Source: Marsupella aquatica | Taxonomy: Eukaryota; Plantae; Marchantiophyta | Direction: 5' to 3' | Assembly (NCBI GenBank): GCA_973895155.1 | Contig: OZ316897.1 | Coordinates: 4,248,211 to 4,312,210, forward strand | DNA length: 64,000 bases | The notes under the pieces: model-generated | Seen by the model: only the letters and a program-made list of their open reading frames with translations | Told to the model about the DNA's origin: nothing | Database searches by the model: none | Shown: positions 51,026 through 64,000 of the stretch, piece after piece | Position numbering within the stretch: position 1 is the first letter of the stretch | Layout: the number at the start of each line of letters is the position of its first letter | Program-made: the position numbers and the translations under genes

Positions 51026-54000
51026 TCATGATCTCCCAAAAAAGGAGAGAAGATTGCTTTGTTTGTCCTGTGCTGGGCGGACGTCGCCCTGCTTGTTAGC
51101 GGTCTTTGGGGACACTGCCAGCCGCTTCCGCTTTCCAGCAGGTGAGTTTTTCTGAATTTGCTTCGCAGGACTGGACAACTCAATCTGGCCCTCCTTGCTG
51201 CTGTTCCTTGTCTGTGTTCTGCTGTTACGACTTGGCTTCTCTGGTGAGACCTCAGATTCCGCCGAATGGGAAATTGATTTAATGTCGTGAGTTTTGACAT
51301 CTCCTGAGACTCTCTCCATGTGTTGCTCATCCTCCAGCTTATGCGTAATATCATGATCAGGCTCCATCCCTGCCAGCAGAGATTTCTTGTCATACTGAGT
51401 TAGAGATTCCTTATCTTGAATGTCTGGAATTTTGCCAGGAGTATCATCTTGTGATGTTTGAAAGCCACCAGCGGCGTGGTGTGCTAACTCGTGCTCTGTA
51501 TTTGAGTCGGTTTCTGAGCTTCTTTTCTCAAAAAGTTTAGCGATTTTGCTGTCGCTGGCTACTTTTGGTTTCATCTGCAAATCCAGTCAAGAACGTATCA
51601 ACTAAGATACTCGAAAACATACCATTCTTCACGACGGTACACTTTTCATTGGGTTCCACCGGAATAGTTAGCAAACATAGCTTGCTGAAGATAGGCAAAG
51701 CCATGCTAAATTGTAGTAGTCTGTAATCCATCTTATGAAGTCATAAAGTGATATCTAGAAAGCGATATACTGTAGCGACTCACCTCCTTCACACATTCAG
51801 GGTTATCAAAGGCAGGTTTACCCATCGCAGGAGTCACAGGGTACCAGACCTGCCGTCATCAAAGAAATATAAATGACCTAACATTATGGATACCTCAGAA
51901 AACTATTTCTTTAAAATTGCAGAGGATATTTGCTTATTCCTCGTAATGCCAAGTACCCTTATTCCTGGAATAGCTCATTGCAGTGGAGGCTCTCAACGCA
52001 TTGCCAATTCTGGCTTACAAAACTTCATCGCTTTAGAAAAGCAGGGCAACGTCAGAATAACAGGGCAACATGTACTAATACACAAAGCCAAGTCAACCAG
52101 AATCTCCTAGCGCAGTTTTCGTGCGCGCAAACACTCTAAAGTGTGGCCAGAGTTGAAAATCGATGGATAAAAAATATCAAAATTTCTATTTCAATGCTGA
52201 ACGAGCAAGAAGCGACAAACGATACCAGATCAGCAGCTTCATAAGGTTGTGTCAATTTGTGAAGTGATGATTCTTGGAGATCGTCGTTCAGCCACGAGTT
52301 GACTGCTGCCTGGTCAGGAAGGATTACTGGCATTCTGTCTGCAAAAACAAGTCAGAAGTGACCCCTCACAATATGTGGGCGAAATGAGGACAAATGTATG
52401 CTCTCAAAATATTTAGAGCAGGCTGACTAGCGAGGTCCAACGTCGTTGTCTTCATGCTGCAATGCTTGCGCTTACCCGGATTCAACAGTCAAACAACAAA
52501 ATACTACAAAACAAGCTAGTTTTTGAAAAACAAAAGGTCCACTGGTTCACTCTGAACATCATATGAGTGTGAATTGCAGATAAAACTTGCGGACAAGACG
52601 CAAACCAACCATGAAGCCAATCCAGTGCCTTTGAAGAGCGTGTCGTCAAGATCGTAAAAGTGTAAAGAATGGTGCCTGTGAAAGATATTGAAGTGGCATT
52701 GTTAGGACGAGTATCTGGTGAGAAGTGCAGATAAGATTAACCTTCATGATTTTGCAACTTATCACTTCTATGCGTGGTGGTCACCCCAGTCCAAATATGC
52801 CACGAAGAGCTCAGGAAGCACATGTAGCCAATCAAGCAACATTTATTATAATCAGGAGCATCTATTATTTGGGACACGAGGAGTCTCTACTTGTCCGTAT
52901 CAACTTCACTTCACCCACAAAACTTTCCTGTTCAGGTATACTACTATATTAAATTTTAATTATGTATGGGATGACGGTACTATGTATTCGACAAATACCT
53001 TCCTCATCCTTCCAAGAGTCGTACAAGCATGCAAATACCAGGGGGCGCCCATCTTTGAAATGTACGTAATATGGCTGCTTCTTAGCACCATCTTTCTTCC
53101 ATTCGTAAAATCTGCTACAATCGGATTCTGTCAAAAGCAAGAAAACCTCCTGTCCCTTCACAAACCCAGCATGCCTCCTTTCATAATTATTGCAGAGCAT
53201 ACACCTTAAACGAAGACACGAAGAAGCCACACAGTGAACATGGAGGACTCTGCTGCCCACAACACCCCGCCACTTCCCACACTTCAAACAGATCTGATAA
53301 CCTGTAATTGAAGTAGCCTACTAGTAGTTCGATTTAAAATTTTGCTAAAAGCAGCGTACCCTTCCACAGTCGTGACACAACGGCTTTTGGGTACCAGGCG
53401 GCAAAATGATGGCTTCAGCTGCACAGACTCTGACCGGGCGTTGAACTGCATACCATACATACCAGAAATCAAAATGGTTGCAATCGATCTTTTCCCGCAC
53501 AAACTGTAAGAACAAGGGAAAGGTGTATCTAAACTGTCTTAGTTGAAACAGACTGGCTGTATGACAAAGGATCCCAACCTAAAGAACTACAGTAACAAGT
53601 GACGGACCAAGATGTAGTGCAAAGATACGCCTCAGACGCGTTAAACGCACGGATAAACTCTCATTCAGCACAACGGGCCAGGTAATGAAAACAAATTGAG
53701 AAATACGCAACGTCCCTAAGATGTAGAATAGAAATCCATCTCTACAATTTGAAAGAACAGAGATTACCGAGACATGATTCTGTGAAAAAGATTCTCCAGA
53801 ACTACAACAAAAATTGTTCGTGTTTAGTTTACCATGCGGAAATGATCAGGCTTCTCATTCTTTTTGGAGAAACTTGGGACAAGGCCCCACTTCATGCAAT
53901 GAACGACAGGTTCTATGGAATCGTCCTTTGCAGCATCTCCTGCTTGCGGCCCGGGAGCATTACGCACAACTGGCATGTACCGACCTGGAGAAACATTATA

Positions 54001-54851
54001 GGATGGAGTGTACCTGCAAAACAGAGCAGGATAATGCCTCAAAACCGAATTTCTTTCCAACCACAGCTTTGCACGAGTAGACTCTCCAATTTTTAAAACG
54101 GACAGACTTCAAGTCTCAATCTCGATAATGGATCATCGGGGACCTGGAAGCTGGGAAACTCCAGGAGAACCTCACAGTAGACACTGGGCATTTGCTTCCT
54201 CTTATTATGGATTTTCTTTATAAATGTAAGTCTGTCTGGATTGAATTCAGGGAATGAAACTTGCTGTTCTCCCTCTCTCAAAAGGGACTTCATGAAGCTC
54301 ATACAAAGTGCATCTTCAGGTCTATATGGAACTCAATTTGCGAGGACAACTTATAGAAGCCAAGACGTGGAGTCAGTATCTGTCAGAAGAAGGGGAAAAT
54401 TGAGTCCTTCCAAAAATTCCTTCACGATGAAACGTCTAACTCTATGGAGCAGTATGTAGTGAAATTAACTCACACATTCGTGAGCTTTCACTACCTAATT
54501 TCGACTGTGTATAAACTCGTCTCTTAAAAGGTACTTACACCCACTTCCACCGCCTTACAATACTGCCTGTTGAATGCCCCGGCTATGGACTTCGAAGCGA
54601 AAAATAAATAAATTCATGCAAGTTTCACACTTTCAATTCCTTCTGCCTCTCCTTGTCCGGTTCAGGTCCAAGTCAGTGAGATGCGCTGCATGGTTATTTA
54701 ACCAACCGTTACTGAAGCAGCCGAGAGAGTGGAAAAAACCGAAATGGGTGAAGAAAAACCTGTCTGAGTCCAGGGTGCGCAAGGGAGCTCTAAACCCACA
54801 GGCACGCCCCACATCGTCCGCCCGCACCGTGCACCTCGTTCTTCCACACAT
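51026..54851 (-). CDS. HMCES: SRAP-domain abasic-site processing protein (HMCES/YoqW homologue), 8 exons
   Basis: MCGR N-terminus (catalytic Cys2), YNVSPG, MKWGLVPSF, FNARSE, RCVTTVEGFYEWKK, KQPYYV, FTILT, WLHDRMPVIL and WYPVTPAMGK, with canonical introns. Confidence 0.95.
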
Positions 54852-55399
54852 TTCCAGCAACTCTTCTCACCAATTAGGAAGATCGAGCAGCTCCAACGTT
54901 CTGGTCTAAAACTTTTCCATGAACCCTCTCAAGGCAAAGATTTATGATTTCCTCTATTCTCGACCTCATCTGCAAAACCCTCCCCGATTGTTCGTGCGTT
55001 TGCTCCCTAGAGCCCCGATCCCAGTCTACTCTTCTGCAGAGGTCACTGAAGTGAAGCTCGAATCTCGAAAAGACCCCTCAGGAAGCCCGTCACAAGTAGG
55101 CACTAGACATTTATACTGTCAAGATGCTCCCACAATCTCCCAGTCAGCTGAAAACGCTGCGAGACTGGAAAGCTACTGGATCAAACAGCAACTACCCAGC
55201 CAGCTTATTAGGCATTCCCATCCTGAGCCGCCAAATTCTGACAGGAAAAAGTTGTTTTCGACACCTGTATGGATTCTTCACCAAGTTCAAGATACGGCGA
55301 TCTTCAATTACATTTGGGATCATCGGTTTGGTTTATATGAGACTGATAAAGGACCAAAAATGCCAAACCGGGATGTAGGTCCCAAAGGTAGAACAATGC

Positions 55400-56370
55400 A
55401 GTAAGGGGGAAGGGAAAAGGGCCCCAAGAAGGCCAAAACAAAATGGGAACAGAAAACAAAGAAAGTACAAAGTAGCTTAAACCACTCACACTCTACTGGA
55501 CGGACAACTGAAAAGCCAGGTAGAGCTTGGGGGTGAACTTGGGGGTGATCTGCATAGAGGGTCCCCAAGTCAAATCTATATAGAGTCCAAAACACCAATT
55601 GCCCCAGCTCTACTAGGGATAATGAAAGCTGGATCCCTTTGAAATGCAATAGACACCTTCTATCTAAAGAAAACATGACGACAGAGACAGGCGATAAGGT
55701 ATCCTCAGTACCGAAAATCTCACAAGTCAGAGAAACTGGTCCAAGGTAAGGTAAAGAGCACCAAAAATCTCCAAGCAAAAAGGTAAAAAAATACCCCAAA
55801 CAATCAAACTACATAAGTCTCCTCCTTTGAGCCACAAAGCCTTTGTTTGGTTTGGTCCTGAATCATTGTTTGGTCATTTGGGATCGTAGGTTTGGTCTGG
55901 TGTATCCCAAATGTATACGAAGATCCCAAATGTATCCAAAGATCACCTGCCCGATACTGCCAGAAAAAGGGTCATCTAGTATACAATAGTACATGCAAGA
56001 CAACCTTTAGGTGTGCTCTCAGCCCAGGACTTCACAACTTTCTTTATGATTATAATAAAAGTCTAACTTTAGTTTCTACTCAACTAGAGAAAAATGTCTC
56101 TTCCATGCTATCTGCAACAGTGCATCTACCTGGTTCTCTTTATACAGATTCTTCTGGTAAAGGGTTTTCAATCTCCAAACAAAAGTTTCGAGGAAGGCTG
56201 AAAGATTTGTGAAACAACAACGAAGAACATACACGGCATTAAGGTACACTTGGTGAAAAACGCCCAGCAAGGCCTTCAGGCACATTTGGTGGAAACTCAT
56301 ACCAATTTGCTCTCGGGTAGCTACTGGCCTTCACAACATGATCACAACAGCGTTTTCTGTCCCATCTCCC
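55400..56370 (-). mobile_element. Decayed LINE 3' fragment
   Basis: TFVWRL..GRCTVADSMEETF resembles a zf-RVT remnant, followed by a T-rich 3' UTR-like tract. Confidence 0.4.
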
Positions 56371-57723
56371 ACCTTCACAATCTTAACTTATTATAAACAC
56401 ATCATGTGACCTAATATATTTTACTTAAACAAGTCATCTATGTTAATCTAAGCATGTAAATTCTATTGTGATTTGGGTTCTTCTAAATATTGCTAACCTA
56501 ACCAAAGTACTCCTAGGATTTTGAATTCTTCCACATATCTTTTAATGTAGAAAATATTCTCCTATCATTTTGAGCACTGTTTAGATCACTTAAAGCTGAC
56601 ACGTGAGCAATTTCCCACAGATTACATCTCATAAAAATGAACCGCACATTATGCGGTCTGCAGCCTATGATTTTGCCTGCGGGGTAACTACACTGTCCAC
56701 CGTACATCCTTTGAGTATATGACAAGTGTGACACCAAAATTAGAGTGACTCACATTAAATTGTGTGAACATATTTTTCTAGCTCAAATCACAGTAATTAA
56801 GCATGTTACGTCACACTATTGACTTTGTATTGAGACTCTGCTCTAGTCTCAATTTTATGCCTACTGTAGATTCTTGGTGTGACTATTGTGAACTCTAATT
56901 AGTGTGACACCTGAAATAACTCACCCTATTTTGAGTGAGACTTAAAACTTAAAGGGCTATGCAATTAGTGCAAATAACACTAGTTGCCGAAGAAACTCAA
57001 CTAACTGCTATAGATCTCAGAAACCCCCTTAATGGGATAAAATGCCTTCCAATTAGTTCATGGACCCCTTGGCTAATAAAATCAGGGGGAAGAGTCGATC
57101 TGAGTCGTCTCCATTTCTTATCTCCGGAAATCTCGTCCGTCCATCATAATGGCCAATCTATGGCTCAAAAGAAAGATCTCAAATAGATCTATGGATGGGT
57201 TCTGTCCGTTTTGCAAATGGGTTAATATTTTTCAAATGAAAAATTAAACAAATCCAAGCCTTCCTAGCTGTCGATTTTGTTGACTTTACGATCTTTGCCG
57301 TCCATTTTGTAATGCCTCTAGAAATCTTATTCATCCATGTTAGAAGGCAATCTAGGGTGCAAAAGAAAGATGTCAATGAGATCTACGACTGAGTATTTTT
57401 TGTATTGAGTAAATAGTTTTGAGTATAAAATTCGATGAACTTTAAAGATTCCAGCCATTTCTCCTCCCCGATCCTGGGTTTCTATGTGCTCTTCCCAGCA
57501 TTAATGGCCGTACAATACGAGAGGTCCTTACATACCGGGAGTTGCGGTTTAACAAGGAAGTTATCAAGTTAGTTATTAGTCATTATTTATTATATGAAAA
57601 ATACTTTTTATAAATCTTTTGAATTTAAGTTTTAAAATTGGAAATGTAACTAAAACGGTTACATAGTGACAATTTAACCGTCTTGCTCTTTGCATTTCCA
57701 ATATTTTTACTTTTCTTTTTATG

Positions 57724-57888
57724 GCACGGCATCCCAAAATTTACACCCAAATTGACACAAACACAAATGAAAACTATAAGTTTAATTTACAAAACTGACG
57801 AGTCTTGTTTGTTGCGGTTATTGTTGATATGGCACGCTGTGGTGCCAGGAATTTTGGAAGGGACCTCTAGTGGGGTCCGTAAATATAC
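57724..57888 (+). mobile_element. Helitron-like 3' end (degenerate copy)
   Basis: Homologous over ~165 bp to the reverse complement of 63616-63779, with hairpin GGGACCTCTAGTGGGGTCC. Confidence 0.55.
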
Positions 57889-58482
57889 ACTTCCCAATAT
57901 AAAGATCCACCATATATATGGTCTACTCTATATCCCATTATCAGGGATACCACGGACCCTTATACCAATATACATTATGGGCAATAAATACTCCCTCGAA
58001 AGGCAGGTTAAAGCCCTAAAAGACCCGGCCCATATATACAAAGAGGCTCTTAAAAAGCTTTAGTGACTTGAACACTTGTTCGAGAAAATCAAGAGTTCAG
58101 ATCTGACCATAGTTACATAGATCAGTCAAGTACAGAATTGTTGCGAAGCTTTCTCAACTACAGTAGCCAGAAGTGCCACCTGCCCAAAATCAGGATGCAC
58201 TGGTAGGACGGATGACTGGCTGTCACAATGGAGACCGAGAATTGGCATTGAAGCAAATCGCAGGGGCACTTTTGCGCTTTCCATCCATTCCGGCCCACCT
58301 GGAAAAGCGGGAACCAGCAGTGCCTTCCACGCGAAGTCAGATTCCGTTGAGCACAGCGATTCTTTGATTTCTTTCCTTTCAGATACTACTTGTTGTTGCT
58401 GTGTGCTGCTTGTGGATTCCTTGTCATCAGATCCACCTTTATAACACTCTCGATACTCATTCGCGGCCTTCTACACCAAGAC

Positions 58483-61435
58483 ATGTTAGTGAGCCGCTCG
58501 ATTGCAGTCGGAATTCAGAGCGCCTCTTCTTCTTCTTCTTCGTCGTCTTTGTCGCAAGCTGCTGGTCGCTTTCTGCCTCTCCTCCTCGCTGAAACTCGCG
58601 GCGGTCGTCATTCACTGCACTCGTCTGCAGCAACATCCATGGCGGAGAACGAAGCTGGTACAGTTTGGGTCTACTCCTTTTGTGGGTTGTTGATTCCTTG
58701 ATTTTCTAGTGGCCACAGAGCCTGTGCTGTGCCTCGTGAGGCTGTCCTAGGAGATTCTCTGAAATCCAATGTGTCTATCCGTGGCTTCTCTCCCAGTTAT
58801 GGCCCTATTGCGTCCTCTTGCATGTACAGTTCCAACTTTGTGAGCTTGTCCTTCGACATGCATCCTGGGTTCGAAGAAGTGTCTTTCGATCAGCTACTAG
58901 AGTGTCGTTCAATATTGCATGTGGAGTTTCCGTTGTTTGTTTGTCTTGATATTCGCCTCTGAGCGAATTGTGGGAGTGAATTGGGAACCCCTCTCTTACT
59001 TTATGATTTCCTTGTTACTCCGTTCTCTGAGCCAACTTTTCTAGTGAACTCGGAACCCCCCAATTTCTCCAGGAGTTCCTTGGTTAATCGCCATGCAGTC
59101 CGTCTCTGAGACGATTATACTAGCAGAATTTCGAACCCCTCAGCGCCACTGGGAGCCCGGTGGTTAAGCTGTAGAATGCTGACGATTGTTTAATTGCCTC
59201 CTACACTCGGTTTACATGATCACGTGCTGCATGTTGACTCTTTTGGGTCCTTGTACATTGCTACTGCTGGGGTCAGTGCATTTGAATTTCAGTTGGATAC
59301 TTGCAGGGCCCTATTTTGTGGCCTCTTATTCTAATGTTGTCAGGCTTCGGAAGCTGCAAATGAGTGGTCTCTTTGTTCGTTACTTTTCTGCCAGCCTGTG
59401 TGAATGAAATGTCTCTCTAGAAGTGTGCAAACTAGGGGGAACGATTATGTGAATGTACTAGGGATCTTTCAAGCTCGAGCAGCTCAAGCTTTAAGGTCTA
59501 TCTAGCACTCAATATGAATTTTCGTGTATTCTGTCTGGGGAAATAGTGACGCTGGATAAATGTGAAGGTCATGGCGTGTTGGTTAGCTTGATTTTTAACT
59601 AAAAAGTCTTGCATGCAGGCGTATCCTCACAACAGCCTGAGGCAGAGGCCACTCAGCCAAAGGAGCTCGGAAACTTGGCGGCCAATATTGTACCACACAT
59701 TTTGAACCTGTAAGAGAATATATCTAAACCGTTGTTCGCTCAAAAGTTTGATTTCTCGTATTGAGCTAGTCAACATCTGCTTCAAGCTTTATCTTCGAAC
59801 GTGCTGATAAGGCTTGTTGAGTTCTGCAGATATTCCTTGAAGGCTACTGCTGCTGATTATGAGATCTACGCCCCAAATGCGACCTTTGAAGATCCACTTA
59901 TGAAAGCAAAAGGGTATATTTTTCGTACCTAAGTTAGGCAGAGTATGGTGTTCGAAAGTACTGTTATAGATTGATAGGTTTGAAATGAGCACGCCAAAAC
60001 CTTATCTCAGATGTGGGATGTATGTTGTTAGCACGAGAACTCAGTACAAGCGTGTAGAACTGTTGTGTCTTCTTGGTGCTTTCGCTAGAAACCTCTAGAG
60101 TTTATTTTAGAACGGTCTAAAATTGTAAAATAAATGATCGTCATGAGAGTGAGAAAAGATGATCAGTCCCATTATAATTCATCGTCAGCGCTGGGCTCAG
60201 GGTTTCTCGCTTGGTTTTTCTTTTATGCCCTGTTTACTGATTTGTTCCTTCTGAAATCTAGGGTGAAGCAAATCAAGTCTGCCTTCTACTCCATGCCCAA
60301 GGTAAGCCATACTCGCCGGACTGATAGCCTGGACTGTAAACTGATCTATGGTTGAAGTAGCTTCCTGGGTGAATCGATATTGTGCAAAGGTTGCAAGTAA
60401 CTACAGTTGGACCTTCAATTTTAGTGAATCAAGAGTTTGATCTGTGCAGCAGAAGAAAACTCTCTACGAACAACCGGATTTTTGTCTCTTCACTTTCTAA
60501 GGTCTCGTTTGATCATATGGCAGATATTTAGTGAAGGGCAGTTCTCTGAGTACGATGTGAAAGAGACTGAAACTGCACCTGGATCTGGCGAGGTATTTTT
60601 CAACCAGTGCTGTTAGCATTCGAATGTCTCTTATTCCTTTCTAATCTTTTTGATTTATTGATGTAGGATACCTTGCTTGGGTGTTATCTACGTTATTTCT
60701 TGTGACTCCCATCTGCTTTTTGTAAAGTTTCGAGCCCAATTTCTTACCGTGTGCTGTTACCCTGTATAGATTCTTATCGACAATATCCAACATTACAAAG
60801 TTTGGGGAAAAGGAATTGATATGAAGTCTCTCATTAAACTGCAGGTTGGTTTCCTTAGAAGTTACCGGTTCAGCTTTTGTTCTCCCATTTCACACTGCCT
60901 AGGGGTCACCTCCAGTCTGTTTGGTTCCTTTCTGTTGGCGGAAATATGACATTTCAAAATTCCGGTTTCTCTTTTGATCAATTATAAATCCACGTGCCTG
61001 TTTTATTTGCACCATGTGGTTAGAATTTGGACATGCATCCGATCTACTTGCCAGCTTTCCCTTTACTTTCCAGCCGTTAATTATCACTCCTAACAGTTTG
61101 GTCACATTGAATATCTCGTTAATGCTGCAGGTGGAGAATGGCAAAGTGATCAGTCATGAAGACTTGTAAGTCATTGTGAGGTTTTTCTGGATTTATTGTT
61201 AGTGGCCAAGTAGATATCTGTTATTTTCTTACAGAAGTCGAAAGTTTTTCTAGTAGTGAACGTTTACTAAAGCTTCTTGGATCCCATTTGCAGATGGGAT
61301 AAGCGTCCACTCTGGACAAAAGACACAGTAAGTGTGCCGTTGGTTGGACGGGCTATTGAAGGTTGCCGACGGGTGAGCATGGGTGTTACACACACAATCA
61401 TGGGTTTTGGGAAGGATCCCAAACCAAAGGATTAG
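58483..61435 (+). CDS. NTF2/SnoaL-like family protein with probable organellar transit peptide, 8 exons
   Basis: IVPHILNL/YSLKATAADYEIYAPNATFEDPLMKAKG/VKQIKSAFYSMPK/IFSE../ILIDNIQHYK../VENGKVISHEDL/WDKRPLW...MGFGKDP, with GT-AG introns. Confidence 0.88.
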
Positions 61436-63608
61436 AAGGTAAGGTTCCGAGTTTTAGAAAATGATCTAGCAAGGCGTTTTGCTCTGTCTACACTAAAGAA
61501 TGCCAAGTGAACTTTAACGTAACCCATCAGCGATGTTTTCGCAATTCACCTTGGAACTTTTACACAAATAGAAAGGGAAGTGAGGAAGTGTTAGTAATTT
61601 GAGAGAAGAATGTTTGTCCTTATGTCACTGTCTTGATCGAACTAGAGAAAGTAGGACAATTGCGACGACCTTGCTATATATGTTCTGAAAAATGTTGTGA
61701 CTACTTTACAGGCGAGACTCTGCAGAGGGAACTAAAGGAGCTGACTGAACTGTAGTATGGCTATAACGCAATGTAGATGATCATCCATTGTTCTTGGCAT
61801 GTACCATTTATCGATTGAGGCTGCCAACAATAGGAGTACCTTCTAGACCCATTTCTTTTAGAAACTTCCGAGTTGTAAAGTTCATTCCTAATTTGTAATA
61901 TAAGTTAGGCAAGTGATGAATAAAATACTATAACGTTATAATTCCCCGAGTCGTTTCTGAATCTCAGTATACCAGAGTTACAGCCTCAGGACTATTGGTT
62001 TGTAAAGTTAATCATATACTCGAAAACGAAGTAACGAAAAATTATGAAGTTTCGATGCTCGTCTATTTGAGAAGTAACTTGGTTCAACTTGCTGTATGGG
62101 ATGCATTCCATCATTGTATCACTCGCGGATGGGTACATCATTGACGGTATTGTACTTGCAAAGCGAACTCAAGTAGACTATTAAGGATTGGGTTAGATCC
62201 CACGAAAATGGATGTTCAGAGGTTTTCTTTTCGGCAATGTGGAGCTGAAAGCAATCGGGCTGGTCTTCACTATGACAATTTCTCTTAGCAATCAAATTTC
62301 TGCAAATTTCTCACCGAGAAGAAATCATCAGCAAATTGCAAACATATTTGAGAGTAATTTATCACTCTTGACGTAATTGGTTGAATCCATCCAAGCACTG
62401 TGAAGATGAATGCCCAGGGAGAGTTGGGTACCATATATCAGTTGCTGAGATGCGATTCAGTTCAGTATGTCCCTGCTTTCGCTAATATCCTTGCACTTCC
62501 TGGGATGAAGAATTTTTCGTAGAATTTGATTAGAAATTCGTTTCCACGCTGTCTATGACGAGTTTTTTCCAGTGAAGAGTACCCCGAACTGTAGTTGCCT
62601 ATGTCACACTCGGCTGTAGGAGACGTGTAGTCGAAAGCTGGACTGTCTCGTGCTCGATGAATGAGATGAATAAATCAGTGTAGTTATCAGAGGAGCATGA
62701 GCCATTCAAGTGTGACTGCCTTCATTCTTTCACAGTCTAGCCTCAGCGACCCCTCTATATATTGGCATCCTCCCATCACCTGTGAGTTTTGGGTCTAGAT
62801 TGGAGTTCCCATCCCCTGTGACATTTTTGGATCCAAATCCTGCTACTGTATAAGTAATATTTTCTCCCTCGCACCCTGTCTCATAATTGTCTGACATGCA
62901 ACAATTTGAACCCCTGAAATTCTTTCTAGTTGGTCCACGACTAAAGACTTATCCTTGAAAGTCAAGAAAGGTTTATGCATATTGAACAAAGGATACTCTT
63001 GAAAATTGAGAAAATGTTTCTGCATACTGAAATCTTGCGACCATCAATTCTCATCCTGCTGCTCCGGCCTCTTGCACCAGCAACCTCGTTGCACAAATTT
63101 TCGCAAACCGTAACTTGATTCTAATGAGTCATCCATGTTGTGACATTGCTAAATGAAAGCACTGTTTTAGCATAAATCTCACTTTGTTATTCCTGAACAT
63201 CCTATCCCCACTACACCCACCCATAAGAAACATAACAAATGTGCATGCAATCAAATGAGAGTTGAGCCAGTTTACCGGGAGCGCTTCCAGCTGCCCAGCA
63301 ATTGCTTCATATCTGAATTGCTTTCAATTGCTCAATATCTGAAGATAATATTTCATTTAATTTGATTATACCACTTTGTTCAGTCACGGGACCTGGTGGG
63401 CGATCGGCCCAAGATTCTTGAAGGTGGATGGAAGCCATTTTCTCTACGCAGTGGACACATGAAATCGAATCTGCAAACTACTAGTGTAGTTGATAGAGGA
63501 AGAAGCCAGGTGCTCGAAGAAGGTCAAATCGCACGTCCCCTTTTTAACTCCGTGAAGATGGGGTATCTCATTATATCTTGCACTGTTTTATTGGTCTTAC
63601 TGAGTTTA

Positions 63609-63779
63609 CTAGATATATATTTACGGGCCCCACTAGGGGTCCCTTCCAAAAATTTGAGACTCCAGAGCGCGTCACGTCATCATGACATGTTCCAAACAGG
63701 TATGGATTGGTTTACAAAATAAAATTACTTCACCGTTCGTGTTTGTGGCAGGATTTTGGTAAAATTGAGGACGCCATGC
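63609..63779 (-). mobile_element. Helitron 3' end
   Basis: Minus strand GGGACCCCTAGTGGGGCCC hairpin, a ~12-nt spacer, then CTAG followed by T. Confidence 0.7.
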
Positions 63780-64000
63780 TGTAAACCTTGATGTAAAAAT
63801 GTTTGAAAAATAATCGTTTTATTTACCCTAGGTAACAGACTGTTCGATTAGTAGGAGGCCCACCTTCCGTGTTTTTTACCCTGAGTAACCACTGTCCACC
63901 CGCATTCTGAATTGTGTTTCAATTGAATAATAACTAACTCTCTCTCGACAAGTTGATATGATGACAAAGTAATTGTGACAATTTTCTCGACCTTCTGCTG

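Noticed and set aside
54919-55404. 161-aa ORF divergent from HMCES
   Set aside because: No recognisable domain; it overlaps the HMCES 5' UTR/promoter.
56370-57450. Possible MITEs in the HMCES/NTF2 intergenic region
   Set aside because: Short inverted motifs are present, but I could not define a convincing TIR plus TSD.

Overview
Eukaryotic land-plant genomic DNA with GT-AG introns; bryophyte/liverwort-like is my inference. Host genes: LSG1-type ribosome-export GTPase (+, 150-3314), an intronless DUF2062-like pseudogene (-), SRP19 (-), a Rho GDP-dissociation inhibitor (+), SRAP/HMCES (-) and an NTF2/SnoaL-like protein (+). Between SRP19 and RhoGDI lies a ~31 kb island of nested, decayed transposons: LINE 3' ends, copia remnants, a Ty3/gypsy 3' half with its LTR, and a Mutator-like DDE transposase gene. 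The standout is a 10.6 kb Ty3/gypsy-like retroelement (27613-38201, minus strand, TG..CA ends, 4-bp TSD TCTG) inserted into that transposase. Its polyprotein reads gag/zinc knuckles - protease - DNMT3-like C5 cytosine methyltransferase - RT - RNase H - DDE integrase - PHD finger. Instead of two LTRs it has split direct repeats (A1-ORFs-B1-A2-B2) with an internal end-to-end junction CACGACA-GT-TGTCATG, and I see no tRNA primer-binding site. This copy is degenerate (stops and frameshifts). All alignments and translations were done by eye.
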